This document shows, one piece after another, positions 38,741-51,410 of a stretch of 64,000 nucleotides of DNA (position 1 is its first letter; the number at the start of each line of letters is the position of its first letter). The position numbers were made by a program, and so were the translations under genes. Origin of the DNA: Squalus acanthias (Eukaryota). Where the stretch lies: the NCBI GenBank assembly GCA_030390025.1, contig CM059431.1:109680001-109744000 (forward strand), written 5' to 3'. A model generated the notes under the pieces. It saw only the letters and a program-made list of their open reading frames with translations. It was not told where the DNA came from and did not search any database.

Positions 38741-39331
38741 GTCTCCCCAATGTAGAGGAGACCGCATCATGAGCATTATTGGGAGGTTGGTTATCCAGAT
38801 TGATATTATTTATTTACACAACAGCTGTGGTGTGTAAAGCAGTGGTTTATGTGCACTGCCTGATGTCTCTATCGAGCTACTGCCAGATGCTTGTGTTTCA
38901 ATCTATCGGGACAGTTATTTTTTTTTTGTAAACTGATCACTCCCATTTAAAGTGATTATTTTATTCCCCTGAATTCATAATGATTCCAGCCCGTCTCACA
39001 TAATGACATTTGTGTCACTCGCTCGTCTCTTGCTACATCCACACTCGTCAATCTGCCTCAAATTGCCAAAATGCCATGTCATTTAAGCTGCTTTTGGGTC
39101 CAGCTTTCTGTCGGCCGCGTTGGTTTAGAGAAAACAAACCACTCATTGCTGTGGCCGATATAACTCTGCTCTCAGGAGGTTTGCAGTCAGCGCCACTCGT
39201 AGCTTTATGTCCCCAAAAACACCAATTTGTGATCCACAGCCACCAGTTCTCCTGCAGTTATCCTCCGCCGACAGTCATTTCACAAGGTGACATTCAGCAA
39301 CATTAAAAACTATTGGGAAACAAGAGTTAAA

Positions 39332-40098
39332 GGGGGAAAAATTCGGTTGGTCAGCGCCTCCTGTTAGCGCCCGAGCGCGGCGATTTTAGCGTCGCTCGCA
39401 AAATTGACCAGTCGTTTTGCGGCGGCGCTAAACACTACCGCCACGATCTCCTGCACCCGCAGATTGTGTCGTCAGTCAAGCGTGCAACGCCCCGGTAGCG
39501 CCCCGGACCAGATATTGAGTCACGCCCCCCTGCCTCAGCGCCTGTCGCTAGGAACGACAGGTAGAGGGGAACGTTTTCAAGTCGGGAAGGGGCTGGGGGA
39601 GCGCTATTCAAAGGCGGGCGCTTCCTGCCTTTTTTTGTCGGCAGAATTTTTGGTTTTAACGCTGTGCTAAGGAGTTTTGGCCCTCAGCACCACTTTTGAG
39701 GTTCCTAAGCGCCGAGCTCTTTCCCTGGGCCTATCCATTAGTGCTGCCAACACAATTGCTTTAGAGGTCTCTCCAGGCCGAGATTCAAGGCTGCAATGAG
39801 CAGGGTGTGGCTGGCCAGCAAGATGGCCCCTCCCCTTTAAGAACTGGACAGCGCCAGTCTGTCTGGCTTCCATGGTACTTGGCATCGCCTGAGTTTCGGT
39901 AGCGTTCTGAGGTAGCGTCTCGTTCCCTGACGTTTGCGCCTTAAGAGAGGTGTGTAGCGCCTGATTTAGCGCTCAAATCACCTCCAGGGGCGATAGAGGC
40001 GAATTTTGCAGTCGGAGGCGATAATTAGCGGCGGGCGCTAAACATTGCGCCCGGCCGATATTAGCGCCCCAAAATGGGCGATACCCAATTTCCCCCCC
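39332..40098. mobile_element. Harbinger-type MITE (family of 9360-10158)
   Basis: TIRs gggggaaaaatt / aatttccccccc, AAA on both flanks, colinear with 9360-10158. Confidence 0.85.
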
Positions 40099-41124
40099 AA
40101 ACTGCCGTGGGCATCATATTACCTATTTCTTGGATCACTGGCTATTTATACGCCCCATTTTCATTTTCCTTTTAGATTTTCACAGTCAGCTTTTGTCACT
40201 GGCTCATATAATTATCGCGAGATTACGAAAAGACTTTGTTATGCAGGCCTCCACTCACAGGCCTCACAAGCTGCCCATTTCTAGAGCAGGTAAATGTATT
40301 TTTAATCTGGTGCTTGAGCCGTCTTACCTCGCTGTGGCCGCCTTCCAGCGTCCCCGCCACACTCCCTCTCTTTGCCGCGGCTCCCAATGGTCTTGTGTCA
40401 TTGTTGCTGGGTTGATGGGGAAGGGCTTGAGTTCAAGGCTAGGCCTTGGGTTGAGGACCAGGGCTTGGGCTGAGAGCCGGGACTTAGGGTTCTGATGAAG
40501 GTTAGGGCTGGGTTTTGTCGATGGGGGCACGTTGGGGGGGCAGGACTGCTGATTGTCGGGTTTCAGTCCCGGCCCCAACGACGTCCGGCCAACCCATGCT
40601 ATTTTCCCTGCGGGCTTAGCCGGCCAAGTGAATTTACCACAGGGAGCAACTATATTCCATTGACTGGGAGCGTTTGTCTTGAGGATGGAGACCCTGTACT
40701 GGATGATTCCATGGGGCAAGGAGGGTATCTATTATGGGAGCCATTATGCTTCATGGTACTTGGCTCGATACTGTCTTGATACTGTTTCCTGTCTGCCACT
40801 CCGGCCATGTTGAGGCTGCTCCCTCTTGTCACTGGCCACGGCTGCTCCCCCTCACCATCGAGCCAGTAGAAAACCATCCCCCTCGATATGAAACAGATCT
40901 GAGCATCAATGAAAACAAAATATTTGGACAGTGGCTTACTTGTATTTCATGACTTATTTATGAAAGAAATTTATGCAATTAATAGTGGATCCCCCATGGA
41001 GTTGCTCCTGGTAAGTCAGAGAATACGTTGTTTAAGAAAGATGCAATATTCTTACAATAGATAGCAGTCATCAATAGTAAACAAGACCTAAGAACAGAAG
41101 CACTGAGCACAAGTCAAACTTGTG

Positions 41125-41280
41125 ATACCGGGGCTAAAAGGATTTAATTATGAAGACAGGTTACATAGACTAGGCTTGTATTCCCTCACGTTTAGAAGAT
41201 TAAGAGGTGATCTAATTGAAGTGTTTAAGATGATTAAAGGAGTTGATAGGGTAGACAGAGAGAAACTATTTCCTCTGTTT
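41125..41280 (+). mobile_element. CR1 fragment
   Basis: IPGLKGFNYEDRLHRLGLYSLTFRRLRGDLIEVFKMIKGVDRVDREKLFPL. Confidence 0.85.
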
Positions 41281-41288
41281 GTGGAATA

Positions 41289-41630
41289 GGGCCAGGGAGT
41301 GCTCCTAAGGGCCCCACATGGAAAGCTTAGGCCTCCCCTGCCCGAGCTCGCCCCCCCTCCCTCCCCCGCCCCGAACGTGGGCCCCCGCCGAACAACCTGG
41401 CAGACAAGCCCGCCACCTATCTGCTACCGGTGGGTGGGCTTCAGGCCGTGCAATTTCCGGCGCTTTCCATTGACATCCCACCCAGAACGGGTGGGAAGAC
41501 GGGCGGAGGAATTTAACTGAGGCCCAGGAGTTAAAATACCCCAGGCCGCATTTTTGGAGCAGCGGGTGAGTTTCTAACTCGCACCACTGCTCACCCGCTG
41601 AAAACTGGCCCGGAGTTAAAATCAGGGTCC
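41289..41630. mobile_element. MITE right-end fragment (related to 59320-59940)
   Basis: Shares tgaggcccaggagttaaaata with about 59840. Ends gttaaaatcagggtcc. Confidence 0.45.
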
Positions 41631-41674
41631 ACGTTACTATATCGCAACAAAGTGCCAGAAACAAAACTGTCTAA

Positions 41675-41785
41675 AGAAAGAACTTACATTTCTATAGCGC
41701 CTTTCACGACCTCAGGACATTCCAAAGAGCTTTACAGCCAATGAAGTACTTTTGAATGTAGTCAGTGTTGTAATGTGGGAAGCAT
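41675..41785 (-). mobile_element. Deu-SINE 3' fragment
   Basis: Reverse-complement SINE tail. Confidence 0.85.
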
Positions 41786-42022
41786 GGCTGTCATCAGCAG
41801 TGGTTGTCAATAGAAAGTTTAAAAAGATAAATTATCTTAATAGCCGGGCTGAAAAGTCATTTGCCACAATTCTTTAATACACGTCTGGTTGTGCAATTTT
41901 GGGTGATGTTGTTGACATTGGCATCTTTCCTAAATGCTTAATAGTCATTTAGACCCACGTTCCTCTTAACATCGCTTTGACAATTAGATTAAATTGTTTA
42001 GAGCGCCCCATTGGGTCAGTTA

Positions 42023-42199
42023 AAGAAAGAAAGACTTGCATTTTCACGACCACCGGACGTCCCAAAGCACTTTACAGCCAATGAAGTACTTTTTGAAGTG
42101 TTGTCGCTGTTGGAATGTAGGAAACGCGGCAGCCAATTTGCGCACAGCAAGCTCCCACAAACAGCAATGTGGTAATGACCAGCCAACCGGTTTTAGATG
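42023..42199 (-). mobile_element. Deu-SINE 3' fragment
   Basis: Reverse-complement SINE tail and body. Confidence 0.85.
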
Positions 42200-42303
42200 G
42201 TGCAAAAGCAAAATACTGCGGATGCTGGAAATCCAAAATAAAAACAGAAAATGCTGGAAATACCCAGCAGGTCAGGCAGCATCTGTAGAGAGAGAAACAG
42301 AGT
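42200..42303 (-). mobile_element. PLE family B 3' end inserted in the SINE
   Basis: caaaagcaaaatactgcggatgctggaaatc...gagagaaacagag. ttttagatg is duplicated at 42191-42199 and 42304-42312. Confidence 0.85.
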
Positions 42304-43460
42304 TTTTAGATGTTGGTTGTTATTATAATATGCTAACATTTTGGAATAAGACATGTTTCTTTATGAGTTAAGTACTCATGAACTTTTTGAAGTTTGCTCC
42401 ATATTTGCTGAAATCAATTTTACTTCTTTAGTGTCCTGTTAATTTTGAGTGTAGTAATGGTGAGTTGCACTTCATTATAAGTTACTTTGTAACCAGTGAT
42501 GACAGTAAGATCATGTTGGAAACATTGAGCAGTAAAGGACTTATCTGGGCAATAGGGAGCCTGAAACCCTAACATTGTGTCCAATGGGTTCCAGAATCTT
42601 TTGGCAGGATAATGTAAAATTCAAACAATCCAAAGCGCTTGTAACATTGTACTTATTTGCTGTTAGCGTCCCCAGAACCTTAATGACATGCAGAAACAAT
42701 ATCATATCCATCTGCTTATAATGCAGCCCCAAATGCATTCGCGTGACATGCTTGCGGGTTGAATGAATCTGCTCATTATCGGAGTGGTACCTTTAAGAAG
42801 CATATCATACTGCAGCCAGTAATGAAACTTAATAAGTGATTCAACACGAACATCTGTGAAGATGTCTAAACTGGTAAATCTGTAAACATGTCTATTGTTA
42901 GAGCTGCAGATGATTTGAATCAACAAGGGTGAAAAGATTTGGATAGTCTGTGTATTAGTGTTAATAGGAATAGATTATAGAGGGATATTTCAGAAGTGAC
43001 CTTCAGTGCACTAATTGAAATAGTATTCAGAGTCAGCAGTGGAGTAATCAAGTTATACACAGAATCATAAATCATCATGAATTGTGCTGTCACAATTCAG
43101 CCATTAACACCCTGTATTTTGGAGCAGCTGCATTAAAATTTCCGCCACACAGATCTGTAGGTTAATAGGAACAGAAATGGCATTTAAAGACTATTTGGAT
43201 CAAATCTGCTCTCAGGTTGAAAGTGTTGCTCCGTTAATTTGCTGGTAATTTGAATTGATGTCGTTAGGCTTGGAGACAGTGCAGCTGAGGCCGTTAAACC
43301 GGAGGTGCTGAGCTGAGGTCTCTATTCATTGGAATCATCCACAATGCAGAGACAGCAGTCGCTGAAGAATCACTGGATCTTGCCTGTAATTTATTACTTC
43401 AACCATACTGCATTCAAATATATATATGTGGACATACGTTCAGTACATTAATCCACGTTG

Positions 43461-45280
43461 GACACTCCAGTGCAGTACTGAGGGAGTGCTGCACTGTCAG
43501 AGGTGCTGCCTTTTGGATGAGACGTTAAGAACATAAGAAATAGGAGCAGGAGTAGGCCATTCAGCCCCTCGAGCCTGCTCCGCCATTCAATAAGATCATG
43601 GCTGATCTGATCTTGGCCTCAACTTCACTTTCCTGCCCGTTCCCCATAACCCTTGACTCCACTGTTTTGCAAAAATCTGTCTATCTCTGCCTTGAATATA
43701 TTCAATGACTCAACCTCCACAGCTCTCTGGGGTAGAGAATTCCAAAGATTCACGACCCTCTGAGAGAAGAAATTCCTCCTCATCTCCATTTTAAATGTGC
43801 GACCCCTTATTCTGAATCTATGCCCCCTAGTTCTAGATTCCCCTATGAGGGGAAACATCCTCTCAGCATCTACCCTGTCAAGCCCCCTCAGAAGCTTATA
43901 TGTTTCACTAAGATAACCTCTCATTCTTCTAAACTCCAATGAGTATAGCCCAACCTGTTCAACCTTTCCTCATAAGACAACTCCTTCAACTCAGGAATCA
44001 ACCCAGTGAACCTTCTCTGAACTGCCTCCAATGCAAGAATATCCCTCCTTAAATAAGGAGACCAAAACTGTACGCAGTACTCCAGGTGTGGTCTCACCAA
44101 TGCCCTGTACAGTTGTAGCAAGACTTACCTACTTTTATACTCCATCCCCCTTGCAATAAAGGCCAACATTCCATTTGCCATCCTAATTACTTGCTGTACC
44201 TGCATGCTAACCTTTTGTGTTTCATGTATGAGGACATCCAGATCCCTCTGTACCGCAGCATTTTGTAAACACTCTCCATTTAAATAATTTTTGCTTTTTT
44301 ATTCTTCCTACCAAAGTGGATAACCTCACATTTTCCCACATTATACTCCATCTGCCAAATTCTTGCCCACTCACTTCACATTATCTATATCCGTTTGCAG
44401 ACTCTCTGTCCTCCTTACAACTTGCTTTCCCACCTATCCTTGTATCATCAGCAAATTTGGCAAAAGTACACTCGGTACCTTCATCCAAGTCATTAATATA
44501 GATTGTAAATAGTTGAGGCCCCAGCACTGATCTCTGTGGCACCCCACTAGTTACAGTTTGCCAACCAGAAAATGACCCATTTATCCCAACTCTCTGTTTT
44601 CTGTTAGTTAGCCAATCCTCTATCCATGCTAATATATTACCCTCAACACAGCTCTTATCTTGTGCAATAACCTTTTATGTGGCACTTTATCGAATGCCTT
44701 CTGGAAATCCAACTACATGACATCTACTGGTTCCCCTTTATCCACCCTGCTCGTTACATCCTCAAAGAACTCGAGTAAATTTGTCAAACACGATTTCCCT
44801 TTCATAAAACCATGTTGACTCTGCTTGATTGTATTATGATTTTCTAAATGTACTGCTATTACTTCCTTAATAATGGATTCCAGCATTTTCCCAGTGACAG
44901 ATGTTAGGCTAACTGGCCTATAGTTTCCTGCTTTCTGTCTCCCTCCTTTCTTGAATAGGGGCGTTACATTTGCATTAACCAGAGGCTCCGTCTGCTCTCT
45001 CAAGTGGACATAAAAGTTCCCATCACCCTATTTCAAAGAATAGCAGGGGAGTTATCCCTGGTGTCCTGGCTAATATTTATCCCTCAATCAACATCACTAA
45101 AACAGGTGATCTGGTCATTATCACACTGCTGTTTGTGGGAGCTTGCTGTGCGCAAATTGGCTGCCGTGTTTCCTACATTACAACAGTGACTACACTCCAA
45201 AAGTACTTCATTGGCTGTAAAGCACTTTGGGAGGTCCTGAGGTTGTGAAAGGCGCTATATAAATGCAAATCTTTTCTCTT
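43461..45280 (+). mobile_element. Deu-SINE split by a 1.45-kb CR1
   Basis: SINE 43461-43529 (...ggatgagacgttaa) resumes at about 44976 (ttaaccagaggctccgtctgctctctc...). Confidence 0.85.
43530..44975 (-). mobile_element. CR1 LINE ORF2 fragment (RT domain to 3' end), frameshifted
   Basis: ANVTPLFKKGGRQKAGNYRPVSLTS...QHGFMKGKSCLTNL...FQKAFDKV...QRSVLGP...KFADDT...LYRALVRPHLEYCVQFWSP...FSQRVVNLWNSLP. Confidence 0.95.
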
Positions 45281-47425
45281 TTTTTGGAGATTGTAACAGG
45301 CCTATTCTACACATTTCACACATATTGAAATGTTTCAATTTCAATTCCCAAATTAAAAGTGTCCACCAATCATTATGAAAAAATCTCACACTCTATCTCA
45401 CTTCATTGCAAAAACAGCTACAAATTTCTTTATGAAAAACCTTTTGTTGTTATTTAATGTAAAAGTGCTTCTCCTTGAAATGTCTACACCTAACTGTGCA
45501 TCTCAAATCAACTCCAGCAAGATTTTACAAGAGTTAAAGAGTTAAAGAAATGAAAGTCTGGGGATTGTTTTGTTGTTGGTATCACTATCTGGGTTTGCTA
45601 CAGGACATCACTGCGGCAAACAGCACACCCGCCCTGACTCCCCAGAAACGCTGACAAAATCCGAGGAAGGAGCACGTGAAAAAAAAATGAAAGGAAGAAA
45701 CGGAGAAGAAGATGAGAAAGGAGATAGAAAGAGTTGAGTGGTGTGTCAGTGACCTGTCTTTCACAGTCAGATTACCCAAAATGTACCAGTCACTCATGAT
45801 AAGAGATTGCTCCGAATGCCTCTTCGGTATTAATCAAATACCAACTCTAATTAAAAAAAAGGTTTGCACAAAGCTTTTCCAAAACGTTGCTCAGGTATTG
45901 CAATAATTTCTGATCACCCAAGCCTGGAAGACAAATAATTAGACCTGCCAGAGTCTTCTGATGAGTGATGTCAGCATCTCCAAGTGACCTTACCTCCACT
46001 AATTAATTTTCATCTGAGAAAGGAGCCCTGTTGTTGCACATTATTAATTGAGTTCACTAAAAGATGTGCCAGATTAATTTTTGTTGATAATACTTGTCAT
46101 TCTCTGCAGTGGCTGTAATCATTCTATGGGTTTATTTTTCGAAAAGTTGATCGCGGTCCTTTGTATTGAGACTAATTTCCTGTCTTTAGAAGTTTTATAT
46201 CATGAATATGAACCAGTTTGTAGCCTGAATTTGTTTGCAGTTATTAGTAAATGCTCGGTACACGTGTATTATTTAATATTCCTGTGAAGAACGATGTAAT
46301 ATTAATAGCTGAATATAAGTCGTATACTCTGACTTTTAAGAACCTTATTTATATTAATTACATTAATGTAATATTATAATGTGATATACATCAATCTTCT
46401 TAATTTTAGAGATTTAAAAATAAAATTGGAGGACAATAGGTAGGTGTTTGTTGTCACAAGTAATGACGTGACTATATCATTCACATATAAAATCGCTATA
46501 AATCACCTGACTCTGCGATGATCTATGCTATGAAAGCAATCAGGAATGTTAATATTTTCAAGATATAAGCAGTTGCTTTCACCGAGTATCCTACAAAGGA
46601 TTTTGTAGGCTAGGTGCACTCCCCAGAATGAATTACAGTTCCCACCACCACAATCATTCATGTAAAGGATAGCCTTCCGTAACCTTTTAGCCCTAAACAG
46701 TGATCCAAGTTTCTACTCTAATACGCAAGTACATACAGTGCGATAGATTTTACGAATTTGCGCTCCCGGCGTTGAGCTTTGCATGTCGGGAGCACATATC
46801 AGGAAGTGGGCCTTAGATGTCAGCTTGTGTTTTCTACTCATTAACATTAATGGACGGAAAATTCTGCTGGCTGCTTTGACCTCTGCTCTCAAATTCCCAA
46901 CATGGGCTCCTGCTAGCATGTGCAGCTCTGCGCTGTGAGCGCAAATCCGTGAAGCCTGCCTTAGTGTTTGTGTGGGCAACCTGATTCTTCTTCAAATAAT
47001 AACGTTAAAACTGAGGGGCATCACAGGTTCAGGGGGTGAGCGTGTTCCCATACTCCCAGCAGGAAGGCACTCTCACAGGGAGTGGGGGTGGGGGTTCAGA
47101 GACTGGACTACAACATTTTATTCTGAATCTCCAACCTGCCCTCTCGATTGCCCCCTGCCACTCCCCCCAACTGCTCTCCTGACTGCCGGGGATCATTCCT
47201 TCAGGTCCCCAGCGGTGGACTCTTGTTGCCCAAAATCCCGTTCCCACCTATTGACCAGCTCGTGCTTTCCGTCGGGAATGGACAGGGCCCATGGAGATGA
47301 AGATCTGGAGTTAAAATCTCCCAGGCCTCCCGCTGCGGAGGGCCAGATGCTTTCCTGTCCCCAGTGGGCCCTGCCCGTATGACTCCTGGTAAAATCAGAG
47401 CTGGAGACTCAAAAATGAGAGGCGG

Positions 47426-47457
<32 letters not shown>

Positions 47458-47827
47458 GAGGGCGATGCAGATTGAATTATCCAACCTTATCCAGAATGCA
47501 ATGGCTGAGTTATCCTTTGGTTATTTGGATACCAGATGGAGGAAGCCTTGGCCAGGCTCAAAGATACCCAAGCAAGATATGAAGGCAATTAAAAAGCCAC
47601 CTTAGAGAATGTAAACGTGTCAGAGGGCTTTTGCAAGGCTTGTCCTTTTGGGAAGAATGTTCCTTTTCATTGGATCCCACTTTGGCCCAGGATCCTTGAA
47701 TAAATACTGTTGCACTGAAACTTTCAGTCTCTGGGAGAGACAAGAGGCATGTTCTGCCCCTTCCCTTTAAAGGGATTTTTATATTGGTGCTAGGCTGCAC
47801 TCCCCTTTTTACTTCACCTGACACATA

Positions 47828-48647
47828 GGGCGCGATCTTGCCAGCCCTGGGGAGGCGGATTTGGAGGTGGGACTGCCGGGAAAATGGCAGAATCTGGGGG
47901 CGGGTGCCCATCCCGCCCTCAACCCGCCTCCGTGCCATCTTCCCAGGAGGCGGGTAGCCGACCCGTGCCAGGTCCCGTCTCCTGCAGGCGGGAAGGGGAT
48001 TACAGCCACTTATCTGCCTGTTAACAGGTAGTTAACAGGCAGATAAGAGGATTATCCCCATTTTACCCACACAAGTGCGGGCTTCCCAAAGGCTGCGAAC
48101 CCCGCCAGGGTCACGGAGGCGAGCAGTGGGTCTGCGGGGGTCTGCAGGGTGCAAAAGTGCGCTATGACGGTAAGTGATGGGTGCAAGTGTGGGGAGGTGA
48201 GTATGTGAGGTGAGTGGAAAGTGATAGAAAATGTTTACTTACCTTTGTTTCTTCCTGCAGGCTTCAATCATTGGAGATGCGGAGAGTCTCGCATCTCATC
48301 GGCAGAGATGACAGATGGCCGTTGCATTCTCCAATGCAACAACCATTTAATTTCTGCTAAAGAAAGAGGTTTGATGAGTCTTGAATACAAGGACTCATCA
48401 AACAATATAGAATGTCAGTGTTTGACAGCTTCACAGAGCTGTCAAACGATGACAATTCATCTGTCAAAAATTGCCGTTCTCTGTAACCGGCTTCCCTTTA
48501 ATTGGCCTGCTAAGCCCGCTGGGCGGGCTTAACAAGGTCAATCAAGGGAAAATAGCGTGGGTTGGCCAGAAGTCGATGGAGGAGGGACTAAAACCCGACA
48601 AGTGGGAGTCCCTCCTCCAAAAGCTCCCCATTGGCAAAATCCAGCCC
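47828..48647. mobile_element. Harbinger-type MITE (a related fragment lies inverted at about 40500-40640)
   Basis: Imperfect TIRs gggcgcgatcttgcca / tggcaaaatccagccc. 48500-48600 matches the reverse complement of about 40550-40630. Confidence 0.65.
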
Positions 48648-48649
48648 TT

Positions 48650-48962
48650 TGAGAGAGTGCTGCACTGTCAGAGGTGCAGTCTTTCGGATGAGACGTAAAA
48701 GATCCCAGGGTACTGTTCGAAGAAGAGCAGGGGCATTCTCCCCAGTGTCCTGGCTAATATTTATCCCTCAACCAACACCTAAAATATATTAGCTGATCAT
48801 TTATTTCATTGCTGTTTCTGGGAGCTTGCTGTGCGCAAATTTGCTACCATGTTTCCTAAATTGCAACAGTGACTACACTTCAAAAGTACTTCATTGGCTG
48901 TAAAGCACTTTGGGATGTCCTGAGGTTGTGAAAGGCGCTATAGAAATGCAAGTTCTTTCTTT
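48650..48962 (+). mobile_element. Deu-SINE (5'-truncated)
   Basis: gtgctgcactgtcagaggtg...aaaggcgctatagaaatgcaagttctttc. Confidence 0.88.
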
Positions 48963-49979
48963 ACAATAATGAGAAGGGTCCAATGCCACTGATGCTGATG
49001 TCCCTGGATTTTGACAGTTAAATCGGAGGCAGGTACAGATATTTCTCTTCCTGATAGGAGACAAAGAAGTATCGATGCCTGTCAGGCAAACAGTAGGCAT
49101 GAATTATTCACTTCATTTCAAAGAAACATCACATTGAAGGGCATTGTGGCTTCAGAGCCTCTGAATTGTTTGCCCAGAGCAATCTTGAATTAAAAGAGTT
49201 GCAATACTTGATGTGCCATTATTGAAGATGTTTTGCCAGCATAATAGGTGAGTTTGTTCTTTTACATACATGTCCAAAAAGAACTATTTGCTAGTTATAT
49301 TAGTCAGTTTGTACTGTAAACAGCGGACTTGATGAGAGTGGCCTATTCCATGCCAAGGTCCTCCTATTACTGCATCAGAGAAATGTAGCCAGGAGGTCAA
49401 TCCTCGACAAGGTTATGTTAGGAGCAGCAGCAAAAGAATCACTTGCACTCAAGGCAAACTTTTTGTTTATTATGCGAGCAACAGAATCGCTGCTGGAGCT
49501 GCTTCTCAGTATTCTTCATCAATGCCGGGGCCCAACGCTTCACACACCAGCTCTCCTGCCTGTATAGCTCTTGTCCAAAAATTATCAACTGGAACCTTAT
49601 GCCTTCTATCCAAAGTTCAAATGTAGAATTATTTTTTCAATTTTTTTCCCCCCCTGAAGGCACTGACTTTTCCTGGGGTACAACACCATCATTCCCAGCA
49701 GCGCTGCATTATCTCATCCAACTGGCCATTTTTCCAAGTGTGAGCCCAGTGGTTGCTGCCAAATTACACAACTATGGGGCACAGCAGACCCAAGTCCCAT
49801 TGTCTGCTCACCTGGCAGACAGACACCGCATATTTTGTTGATTTTTTCTCCCCTCTCTAGCCATTTATAGTACATGCATTCTACTATAGCTGAAATTAGG
49901 TAACTCAACACACACTAGAAACCTTTTGGTCTCCGTGGATTTGTGCCACAGTTTTTTCCCGCCACTTTCTTCCCCTACA

Positions 49980-51025
49980 GAAAGAGATAGAGATAGAGAT
50001 AGGGATAGAGATAGAGATAGGAATAGAGATAGAGAAAGGGATAGAGATCGGGAAAGAGAAAGGGATAGAGATAGAGATAGGGATAGAGATAGAGATAGGG
50101 ATAGAGATCGGGAAAGAGAAAGGGATAGAGATAGAGATAGGGATAGAGATAGAGATAGGGATAGAGATAGAGATAGAGATAGAGAAAGAGAAAGGAATAG
50201 AGATAGGGATAGACATAGGGAAAGAGATAGATAGAGTTAGGGATCAAGATAGGAATAGGGATCGAGATAGGGATAGGGATCAAGATAGGGATCGAGATAA
50301 AGATAGGGATCGAGATTGAGATAGAGATAGGGATAGGGATTGAGATCGAGATAAGGATAGGGATCAAGGTTGAGATAAGGATAAGGATAGGGATCGAGAC
50401 AGTGATCAGGATCAAGATAGGGATAAGGATAGGGATCGAGATAGTGATAGGGATTGAGATAGGGATAGGGATCGAGATAGGGATCGGGATCGAGATAGAG
50501 ATAGGGATAGGGATTGGGATAGGGATCGAGTTATAGATAGGGATAGGGATTGGGATAGGGATCGAGATAGGGATTGGGATAGGGATCAAGTTATAGATAG
50601 GGATAGGGATTGGGATTGGGATTGGGATCGAGATAGGGATTGGGATAGGGATCAAGATAGAGGTTGGGATCAAGATAGGGATAGGGATTATATTGAGATA
50701 GAGATTGGGATCGAGATAGGGATAGGGATTGGGATTGAGATAGAGATTGGGATCGAGATAGGGATAGGGATTGGGATTGAGATAGAGATTGGGATCGAGA
50801 TAGGGATCGAGATAGAGATAGGGATAGGGATCGAGATAGAGAAAAGGATCGAGATAGGGATAGGGATCGTGATGGGGATAGGGATAGGGATCGAGATAGG
50901 GATAGGGATCGAGATCGGGATAGGGATAGGGATTGGGATCGAGATGGAGATGGAGATGGAGATGGAGATGGGAGGGAGGGAGGGAGTGAGGGATAGGCAG
51001 ATGGATGGACGGACGGATGGATGGA
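49980..51025. repeat. About 1-kb complex hexamer array (GAGATA/GGGATA/GGGATC/GGGATT) ending in (GGAT)n
   Basis: Visible directly. Includes an exact 60-bp duplication (50041-50100 = 50101-50160). Confidence 0.95.
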
Positions 51026-51034
51026 TGTTTAATT

Positions 51035-51410
51035 AGATTTATATAGCACTTTTCATGACCTCAGGACATCCCAAAGCGCTTTACAGCCAATGAAATACTT
51101 TTAAAGTGTAATCACTGTTGTAATGTAGGGAATGCGGCAGCCAATTTTCTCACACAAAGGTCCCAAAATAACAATGTGATAATGACCCGATCATCTGGTT
51201 TTTTAGATGTTGGTTTAGCGATAAATATTTGCCAGGACACCGCGGAGAACTCCCTTGCTCTTCTTCGAATAGTGCCATGAGATCCTTTACGCCCAGCTGA
51301 GAGGGCAGACGGGGCCTTGGTTTAACGTCTCATTCGAAGGACGGCACCTCCGACAGTGCAGCACTCCCTCAGCACTGCACTGGGAGTGTCAGCATAGATT
51401 GTGTGCTCCA
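51035..51410 (-). mobile_element. Deu-SINE (head missing)
   Basis: Reverse-complement SINE body and tail. Confidence 0.88.

Larger units (their letters stand above)
34449..38775 (-). mobile_element. PLE family B 3' fragment (GIY-YIG plus pLTR) in three pieces (34449-34516, 37769-38310, 38752-38775), split by Harbinger and RTE insertions
   Basis: Minus strand, rejoined: CGLLYIGETKRRLGGRFVEHLRSV...PVACHFNS...RKLEEQHLIFRLGTLQPSGLNIEFNNF. The hammerhead CTGACGA..GAAAC is cut at 37769/34516. Confidence 0.88.

Noticed and set aside
49905..50673. ORFs encoding RD-, IS/IP- and YL-repeat proteins
   Set aside because: They are translations of the hexamer array, which lacks stop codons in several frames.
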